This document shows positions 10,115-17,910 of a stretch of 20,000 nt of DNA, in pieces; the stretch's first letter is position 1; each line of letters opens with the position of its first letter. The notes beneath the pieces were generated by a model. That model made no database searches and had not been told where the DNA came from. It saw nothing but the letters and a program-made list of their open reading frames with translations. The stretch comes from Pachysolen tannophilus NRRL Y-2460 (lineage: Eukaryota). The stretch is taken from contig KV454013.1 in NCBI GenBank assembly GCA_001661245.1, forward strand, positions 1,731,654-1,751,653, given 5' to 3'. Both the position numbers and the translations under genes were made by a program.

Positions 10115-10950
10115 TTTAAAGATATTTTAAGATTTTAAAAGTCTGTTTTTTTTTTCTTCTTCTTTTTACTTGTATATATATATATTCCCTTTTAATGCTA
10201 CGATTATTAGATTTATTTATTATTAATACCTGATAGTTTTAGAGAAAAATAAATAAAATAAAGCTAAAAAATGAAACATGGGTGATTTAAAAAAAAAAAA
10301 AAAAAAAATTAAAAATATGGAGAATTAAAATAATAATGAAAAATGAAACTAGTTTAGGTCAATCGGTATTTTTCAATTTTACTATTCTATTATATATAAC
10401 AATATATAACGGGATCGGCTTGGTTAAAATTAAAATTATTCATATTCAAATAATGATGACATCTTTTCACGTACAATAAAATAATAATAATAATAATATT
10501 TTACCTTCCTTCATGTCCTTCGTAAGCAGATTACGTAATTGATATAGGATAAACTACATTGTTTGGAACTATATTTTTCAATAAAAGTGCGGGATGGACT
10601 TAACCTAAGACACCAATTCTCGAAAACTGGCACCTTTTTTACTTTACCTGATCGCAAGCGGTTTCGCATTGAATACGGCCAAAGCTATTTGCTATAGGTA
10701 GATCCATGTAGTTGGTTGGTTATTCTCCCTTAACTTTTATTATTATTTTTTTTTTTTTTGAAATTTTAGCTTTCAAGTTATTCGAGCAAGCTGAAATTGA
10801 AATTGTATTTAAGCATATCGGTTTCCCCAGAAAAAGATCGGAATAAGTTTTTAAGATTATTTATATTAAATAATTATTATTTTTTATTAAGGTAATATAT
10901 ATATATATAACTTAATTTTTGAAAAGAAAAAAAATAAAAATAGAATAAAT

Positions 10951-11913
10951 ATGTCTCTGCCTTTTTTCACTCTTAATAATGGATCTAAGATTCCTGCTGT
11001 TGGTTTAGGTTGCTGGAAATTAGCAAATGAAACTGCTGCAGATATGGTTTATAGTGCCATTAAGCAAGGTTATCGTTTATTTGATGGTGCTTGTGATTAT
11101 GGAAATGAAAAAGAAGTTGGTGAAGGAATTAACAGGGCAATTAAAGATGGTTTAGTTAAAAGAGAGGAATTATTTGTTGTCTCAAAGTTATGGAATAATT
11201 TCCATGCAAAGGAAAATGTTAAGAAAGCTTTTAAAAAACAATTGAGTGATTTAAATTTGGATTACTTGGATTTATATTTAATACATTTCCCAATTGCATT
11301 CAAATTTGTTCCATTTGAAGAAAAATACCCACCGGGATTTTACTGTGGTGATGGTGATAAATTCCATTATGAAGATGTTCCTATAATTGAGACTTGGAGA
11401 GCATTGGAAGAATTGGTTGATGAAGGTTTAGTCAAATCAATTGGTGTTTCAAACTTTAGAGGTGCCTTACTTCAAGATTTAATAAGAGCTGCTAGAATTA
11501 AGCCAGCTTCTTTACAAATTGAACATCATCCTTATTTACAACAAAATGAATTGGTTGAATACGCTCAATCACAAGGTATTGTTGTTACAGGTTACTCCTC
11601 TTTTGGTCCATTATCGTTTATTGAACTAGAAAACGAAATTGCTGCAGGCACTACTCCATTGTTTGAAAATAAAGTCATCACTTCAATTGCTGCAAAACAC
11701 GGAAAGTCACCTGCACAGGTCTTGTTAAGATGGGCAACTCAAAGGGGTATTGCAATTATTCCAAAATCAAATAACCCACAAAGATTATCGGCAAATTTGA
11801 ATGTAAATGACTTTGATTTGACAAAAGAGGATTTTGCAGAAATTGCTAAGTTAGACAAAAACTTAAGATTCAATGATCCATGGACTTGGGACAAAATTCC
11901 AACTTTTGTCTAA
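10951..11913 (+). CDS. XYL1: NAD(P)H-dependent D-xylose/aldose reductase (AKR2B), 320 aa
   Basis: Motifs [16 protein letters not shown] (catalytic Asp and Tyr), SKLWN (Lys), LIHFP (His), [16 protein letters not shown] cofactor motif, [16 protein letters not shown] terminus. Orthologous to S. cerevisiae GRE3. Confidence 0.96.
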   Translation: MSLPFFTLNNGSKIPAVGLGCWKLANETAADMVYSAIKQGYRLFDGACDYGNEKEVGEGINRAIKDGLVKREELFVVSKLWNNFHAKENVKKAFKKQLSDLNLDYLDLYLIHFPIAFKFVPFEEKYPPGFYCGDGDKFHYEDVPIIETWRALEELVDEGLVKSIGVSNFRGALLQDLIRAARIKPASLQIEHHPYLQQNELVEYAQSQGIVVTGYSSFGPLSFIELENEIAAGTTPLFENKVITSIAAKHGKSPAQVLLRWATQRGIAIIPKSNNPQRLSANLNVNDFDLTKEDFAEIAKLDKNLRFNDPWTWDKIPTFV

Positions 11914-12007
11914 AAAACATTTTGATTCTATTTTTTTTTTTTTACTTCCTTTTTTTTTTTCATTCAAGATTTTTAGATAAAATTTATATATATATATATA
12001 TTTTTTC

Positions 12008-12562
12008 NNNNNNNNNNNNNNNNNNNNNNNNNNNNNNNNNNNNNNNNNNNNNNNNNNNNNNNNNNNNNNNNNNNNNNNNNNNNNNNNNNNNNNNNNNNNN
12101 NNNNNNNNNNNNNNNNNNNNNNNNNNNNNNNNNNNNNNNNNNNNNNNNNNNNNNNNNNNNNNNNNNNNNNNNNNNNNNNNNNNNNNNNNNNNNNNNNNNN
12201 NNNNNNNNNNNNNNNNNNNNNNNNNNNNNNNNNNNNNNNNNNNNNNNNNNNNNNNNNNNNNNNNNNNNNNNNNNNNNNNNNNNNNNNNNNNNNNNNNNNN
12301 NNNNNNNNNNNNNNNNNNNNNNNNNNNNNNNNNNNNNNNNNNNNNNNNNNNNNNNNNNNNNNNNNNNNNNNNNNNNNNNNNNNNNNNNNNNNNNNNNNNN
12401 NNNNNNNNNNNNNNNNNNNNNNNNNNNNNNNNNNNNNNNNNNNNNNNNNNNNNNNNNNNNNNNNNNNNNNNNNNNNNNNNNNNNNNNNNNNNNNNNNNNN
12501 NNNNNNNNNNNNNNNNNNNNNNNNNNNNNNNNNNNNNNNNNNNNNNNNNNNNNNNNNNNNNN
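12008..12562. other. Assembly gap (555 N)
   Basis: Run of N flanked by poly-T/(TA)n low-complexity sequence; isolated Ns at 12566 and 12578. Confidence 0.99.
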
Positions 12563-12902
12563 NTTTNTTTTTTTTTTNTTTTTTTTTTTTGGTTTACTTC
12601 ATTTTACAGTTTTTCCTCAAATATAAGACATCAATTACAATTATTTATCGATCTTTTAAAGAGAGGTTTATGTGTATATATAATAAGGTATCGTCGGTGT
12701 CCTTCATGTATCTGTCCAGAATTTGTCCCCTATATGTGTGTCACTGTTGTGTCTTCAGTGACAGTGTCAAGCAACAAAAATCGCACTACCTTTCTTTCTA
12801 TCTTTTAAAGGTATTTCTGCCGATGTCTTTTGATCTAAGTTGTTTAACGAAATAGCAGTTGTTTCTATGATAAGAAGAAGAATAATTGATAAACGAGATA
12901 TT

Positions 12903-13775
12903 ATGTCACCTTTATTGAAAACTCTTAGTATTGCGTTAATTCAATTGCATACCACGGCAAATAAGTCGTCGAATTTATTAAAAGTCAAGCAATATGTCCA
13001 AAAAGCATTGACTGAGAAACCTAGTTTAGATTTAGTAATGTTACCAGAATGTTTTAATTCTCCTTATTCTGTCACTGAATTTAGAAATTATGCTGAAAAT
13101 GTTCCTAATGGTGAAACTACTAAATTTCTTAGCGAATTGGCAAAGGAACATAAAGTTTTCATTATTGGAGGATCGATTCCTGAGTTAGGCTTAGACAATA
13201 AAGTTTATAATACTTCTCTTTCCTTTGATAAGACAGGAAAGCTTATAGCCAAACATAGAAAAGTTCATTTGTTTGATATTGACATTCCTAATGGGATTAC
13301 TTTTAAAGAAAGTATCACTTTAAGTGGTGGTGAGAAGGCTACAGTTTTTGATTTGGATGGATATGGGAACGTAGGTTTAGGAATATGTTATGATATAAGA
13401 TTCCCAGAATTAGCTGCAATTGCAGCAAGAAAAAACTCTTTTGCAATGTTTTACCCTGGTGCGTTTAACACTACTACAGGTCCACTTCATTGGCATTTAT
13501 TAGCTAGGGCAAGGGCAATTGATAATCAAACTTATGTTGTCTTATGTTCTCCTGCTCGAGATTTATCTAGTGGTTACCATGCTTATGGTCATTCTTTAAT
13601 CGTCGATCCAAATGGTAAAATTATTGTTGAAGCAGGAGAGAATGAAGAAATTGTTTACGGGGAATTAGATCCATCGTATATAGATCAAATCAGATCGGGA
13701 ATCCCAATTACTACCCAGAGAAGATTTGACGTGTACGACGATGTCAGTGTTAATGCTAAAGTCAGTGACATTTAA
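12903..13775 (+). CDS. NIT3: Omega-amidase Nit3 (nitrilase superfamily); an upstream in-frame ATG also exists at 12867
   Basis: Glu-Lys-Cys triad in LPECFNSPY, HRKVHLFDIDIP and GICYDIRFPE; YPGAFNTTTGPLHW. The ORF-track start at 12840 is a TTG. Confidence 0.92.
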   Translation: MSPLLKTLSIALIQLHTTANKSSNLLKVKQYVQKALTEKPSLDLVMLPECFNSPYSVTEFRNYAENVPNGETTKFLSELAKEHKVFIIGGSIPELGLDNKVYNTSLSFDKTGKLIAKHRKVHLFDIDIPNGITFKESITLSGGEKATVFDLDGYGNVGLGICYDIRFPELAAIAARKNSFAMFYPGAFNTTTGPLHWHLLARARAIDNQTYVVLCSPARDLSSGYHAYGHSLIVDPNGKIIVEAGENEEIVYGELDPSYIDQIRSGIPITTQRRFDVYDDVSVNAKVSDI

Positions 13776-13964
13776 TATAAATGTATATGCTATACAGTTA
13801 ATTACGTATAATAACTCGATAAATACTTTTATCAAAAACCCTATACAGGATATTTCTGACTTTTAAATCTATTCTAAATTGTAAATTATAGATACTGGGC
13901 TATATATTATCTGATGCTTCTAGAATAAGGAAAACCTTTATTCTCCGCTTTTCGCTATTATTTC

Positions 13965-13976
13965 CCCCAGATTTTT
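13965..13976 (-). promoter_or_regulatory. Putative Mig1/CreA glucose-repression site upstream of the NMO gene
   Basis: CCCCAGATTTTT is the reverse complement of AAAAATCTGGGG, matching WWWWWN-SYGGRG. A second core CTCCGC is at 13943-13948. Confidence 0.4.
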
Positions 13977-14236
13977 CAGCCATACTATTTTTCTTCAAAT
14001 ACAACTCATTTAATCACTTTCACTGGAAGTCATTATTATTCTGTAGAAGTATTCTATATTCTCTCTTATTTACGAATTGCAAAAAAAAAAAAAGAAAAAA
14101 AATATATATGAAAATATAATATAAAAGATAAAAAAACATATTCTTTTATAATAGTCTGAAATCAATGACTTTGTTGCTAAAAAATTGTTCATAATAAGTT
14201 AATTATCTAAATATAATTTTAGTTGTAATTCAAAAG

Positions 14237-15310
14237 ATGACACCTAATGAAGATGCAAATTTAATTCAAGAGCTATTTCCATGGGTTTCCACACCTCCAA
14301 TTATCAGTGCACCAATGCGTGGGGTCTCTGGTCCTGAATTAGCTGTTGAAGTCTCAAAGGCTGGTGGTCTTGGCTTTATTGGACCCGGATTGACTGAATC
14401 TTCTCTAGAATTGAACTTGATTCAAGCAGAGAAATTAGTTGCTGGAATAAGTCAATTTCAAAAATTAGATGTTCTTCCGATAGGTGTTGGTTTTATTGTT
14501 TGGGATAGTGTATTGGAAGTTGCATTAAATGTTATTTTAAAGTATAGACCATCTGCGGTTTGGTTATTTGCCGCACGGGAGGGTCAAAAAGATTTTGATC
14601 TTTGGATCAATAAACTTAATGAGGTTTCACCTGCTACGAAAATATTTATTCAGTTGGGATCTGTTACACAAGCAATTGAAGCTTTCAAGAGCAAATCTAG
14701 ACCTGATTTAATTGTAGTCCAAGGATCTGATGCTGGAGGTCATGGCTTGAAGAAAGGGTGTGGTCTAATCCCACTTTTATTAGAAATTCGTGATAAATTG
14801 GATGAACTTTCATATTCTTTAAAAATTCCAAAATTACCTTTAATCGCAGCAGGAGGAATTGCCGAAGGTCGAGGGGTAGCAGCTTCATTGATATTAGGTG
14901 CTTCTGGAGTTGCAATGGGGACTAGATTCTTGGCATCCAACGAGTCTTTAGTTGCCCAGGGTTATAAGAATGCTTTAATTGAGGCAGAAGATGGAGGTCA
15001 AAATACCAAACGTACATTTTTATTTGATCAGCTTCGTGGCACCACAGGATGGCCAAAAGACTATAATGGCAGGAGTGTAATCAACCAGAGTGTGAGAGAT
15101 GACGAACTCAACAGTATCCCATTTGAAGAAAACAAAAAATTATACGAAGAAGCTTTAGCAAAAGGTGATCAAGGTTGGGGATTTGAGAACGGAAGATTAA
15201 CTACATTTGCTGGTGCTGAAGTTGGCTTGATTAAAAAAATTGAACCTGCTGCTCAACTTGTATTCAAAGTTAGGGAAGATGCAATCAAATGTCTTCATAT
15301 AGCTTTATAA
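14237..15310 (+). CDS. Nitronate monooxygenase / 2-nitropropane dioxygenase family FMN enzyme, 357 aa
   Basis: Motifs IISAPMRGVSGPELAVEVSKAGGLGFIG, VVQGSDAGGHG (catalytic His), LIAAGGIAEGRG, GASGVAMGTRFLAS. Confidence 0.9.
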   Translation: MTPNEDANLIQELFPWVSTPPIISAPMRGVSGPELAVEVSKAGGLGFIGPGLTESSLELNLIQAEKLVAGISQFQKLDVLPIGVGFIVWDSVLEVALNVILKYRPSAVWLFAAREGQKDFDLWINKLNEVSPATKIFIQLGSVTQAIEAFKSKSRPDLIVVQGSDAGGHGLKKGCGLIPLLLEIRDKLDELSYSLKIPKLPLIAAGGIAEGRGVAASLILGASGVAMGTRFLASNESLVAQGYKNALIEAEDGGQNTKRTFLFDQLRGTTGWPKDYNGRSVINQSVRDDELNSIPFEENKKLYEEALAKGDQGWGFENGRLTTFAGAEVGLIKKIEPAAQLVFKVREDAIKCLHIAL

Positions 15311-15734
15311 ACATTAAATTACAATTAATAGCACATGCTTTCCAAAAATCAAGATTATCATTATTACCCATACTGTTTAAAGAAATTACACGATACTTAT
15401 TTTACTTATTTACAATTAACTTATAATATAGGCCTAAAATCTATTTCGCGATAATGCAGTTAGCCGCAGTTCCATTGATAGACAAGTAGTGATAAGATTG
15501 GATCATATTAGTAGCGGGATTATATTTGTGCTGTTTAAATGTAGTATATTACAATGTAACATTTTCTGTTTTCATTTGTAGCCTTTTTCTAGTTAGATAG
15601 CTCATAATCTGCAACTGGTAACGAAAATAAAAAAATGTTACCCCAGTCGATTAGAATTTGTATACATATATAATCAACCAACCACGCAACTTCTAATTCT
15701 AATTAAACAGTCTAAGGAGTATGAATAAAGTAAA

Positions 15735-17069
15735 ATGACTGTGGAACAACCTATTTTGAACTTACTTGTTATAGGAGCTGGAGGAAGAGGAGAAGCTTAT
15801 ACCAATGCCTTGAAAACTTCTAAATTTGTTAAAATTACAGGTATTGCTGACCCTAATACAGTCAGGCTAAAGAATTTGAAAAATTTTTACTTAGGTTTGA
15901 GGCCTGATATGGACAGCAGTGAAATTAAAGAATATTCTGATTGGAAAAATTGTGTTGAAGATGCTAATCTTTACCATGGTGTTTTGATTTGTGTAATGGA
16001 CCAAATGCATAGGGATGTTGCAGTGACATTTGCTGATTTAGGTAAGCATCTATTATGTGAGAAGCCAATGGCTACCACCTGGCAAGAATGTAAGGATATC
16101 TTTGATGCAGTTATTAGAAACAACGTCTTATTGGCTGTTGGTCATGTCTTGCGTTATTCACCTCACAATGTTATGTTGAAGAGTTTATTAGATGAGGGAG
16201 CCGTTGGTGATATCGTTAATATCAATCATACCGAGCCTGTTGGTTTCCAGCATTTTGCACATTCATATGTAAGAGGTAATTGGAAAAACCAAAAGACCTC
16301 AACTTTTTCATTGATGGCAAAATGTTGTCATGATATTGATGTCTTAATGTGGATTCTTGGAAGTGATAATTGTAAGAAAATTTCTTCTTTCGGTTCTCTT
16401 TCGCATTTCAAAAAAAGTAAAAAGCCTTTGAAAGCAGGAAATGCAGTTAGATGCCTTGATTGTGAAGCAGAGTCCAATTGCTGTTACTCTGCTAAAAAAA
16501 TTTATTTTGATTCTTTTGAAAAAGGTTCAAAAGGCTGGCCTGTTAGAGCGATTACTGACATAGAAGATATTCCTCATATTATTGAAGCTCTAGAAAATTC
16601 TGATTATGGGAAATGTGTGTATGAATCAGATAATAATGTTCTTGATAACCAGATTGTGTCCCTTGATTTTGGGGATGTAACTGCAACAATGACAATGGTG
16701 GCATTTTCAAAAGAAATATGTTTCAGAAAGATGTGTTTTTATGGAACTAAGGGTGAGATTTATTCAGATTCAAAGACCATTCAAGTCTACGATTTTTTAA
16801 CAGACAAGACTACAGAATATAAGCCGGAGATTGTTGAAGAGTCAGGACATGGAGGCGGTGACTTGGGTTTGGCCGCATGTTTTGCTGGGGCCATGAGAGA
16901 TGTTATTATTAACCAAAAGCCTCTTGCTGAAGCTCAAATCGATAATATCAAGTGTACTCCAATGGACATGTTGGTATCTCACAAAGTTGTATTTTTAGCA
17001 GAACAAGCTAGGTTAAAAGGTACTGTAGTTGATATCAACGATGAGATTATTTCAGATCTCTTTGTATGA
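15735..17069 (+). CDS. Gfo/Idh/MocA-family NAD(P)-dependent oxidoreductase (YteT/StrI-like subgroup), 444 aa
   Basis: Rossmann VIGAGGRG, LCEKPMA, GHVLRYSP, HFAHSYVRGNW, AKCCHDID, Cys cluster CLDC-x5-CCYSA...GKCVY, GHGGGD. Confidence 0.9.
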   Translation: MTVEQPILNLLVIGAGGRGEAYTNALKTSKFVKITGIADPNTVRLKNLKNFYLGLRPDMDSSEIKEYSDWKNCVEDANLYHGVLICVMDQMHRDVAVTFADLGKHLLCEKPMATTWQECKDIFDAVIRNNVLLAVGHVLRYSPHNVMLKSLLDEGAVGDIVNINHTEPVGFQHFAHSYVRGNWKNQKTSTFSLMAKCCHDIDVLMWILGSDNCKKISSFGSLSHFKKSKKPLKAGNAVRCLDCEAESNCCYSAKKIYFDSFEKGSKGWPVRAITDIEDIPHIIEALENSDYGKCVYESDNNVLDNQIVSLDFGDVTATMTMVAFSKEICFRKMCFYGTKGEIYSDSKTIQVYDFLTDKTTEYKPEIVEESGHGGGDLGLAACFAGAMRDVIINQKPLAEAQIDNIKCTPMDMLVSHKVVFLAEQARLKGTVVDINDEIISDLFV

Positions 17070-17395
17070 GGAAAGAAATATATCTTAGAAAAAAAAAAAC
17101 CGTTTTCAAATTTTAGTTAATGTAGTTTTCGATTTCATTCTTATAGTAAATATCATAATTTTTCATTTTTAATTCAAAAAAACTATTAAGTAAAAATTTA
17201 TAGTAAGATGAACTTAGTTATACATAATAAAGTCAAATAGGACAGACAGTACTATCGGGTTTGGATATTGTACTCAATCATCCATTAAAAACTGTTTTAG
17301 GAAATTTTCAAGATACAACCTAATTAACTATATTGGTTACGTGAGGCTACCTGATGGTGCATTTCCGAACATATACAAACCACATAATGTTGCAA

Positions 17396-17405
17396 ATTTC
17401 ACATG
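17396..17405 (-). promoter_or_regulatory. Perfect UAS-INO/ICRE consensus (CATGTGAAAT on the minus strand)
   Basis: The plus strand reads ATTTCACATG, about 505 bp upstream of the transporter ATG. Confidence 0.35.
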
Positions 17406-17577
17406 AGGTACAAAATTTATTATGATTATTTATTTGTAGAAAGATAGACAAGTTGTGTCCCCTGAATAAGTGTTCCATTATATGGAAAATAATAGCAGGG
17501 AAGTGAGTACACTTTCAATGTTTATCGTACATATTACAATGTATCCCAATTATATGCGGCTCAAATTTACAATACTT

Positions 17578-17748
17578 GATAAGACTTTTAATATCAAAGA
17601 TAAGGAAGTTACATTGATGAAATAAGATGCAAATAATAAAAAATAAAAAATAAAAAGTAACCACTAGAGATCAATGCTTACAATGTTACATAAATGATCT
17701 TGGATCCGATTGAGCAGGTAATATAGGGGAACATTCTTATCAGATAAA
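17578..17748. promoter_or_regulatory. Cluster of GATA-factor sites upstream of the MFS transporter
   Basis: GATAAG at 17578-17583 and 17599-17604; CTTATC at 17736-17741 back-to-back with GATAAA at 17743-17748. Confidence 0.5.
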
Positions 17749-17910
17749 GATTCTGAACATAAAAGGTGCTGTCGTTAAACTTTATATATAATACTATAAT
17801 GAATATATTAGTTTTTTTTTTTTTGTTTTCAGTTCTTTGTCTTCTTAGGTTCTGTTTTTAGTTAGTATTAACTTCAACTAGGATTTTTTTCAAAAGAACG
17901 TAGAAAGGTA

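Noticed and set aside
10453..10651. Possible C/D snoRNA (ATGATGA ... CTGA)
   Set aside because: No terminal stem or recognisable rRNA guide; the interior is simple AT-rich sequence.
11880..12855. ORFs 11880-12626 and 12589-12855
   Set aside because: The first is an artefact of reading through Ns; the second starts at a TTG in poly-T and has no recognisable motif.
14697..14940. Two minus-strand ORFs inside the NMO gene
   Set aside because: Antisense shadows of a well-supported CDS.
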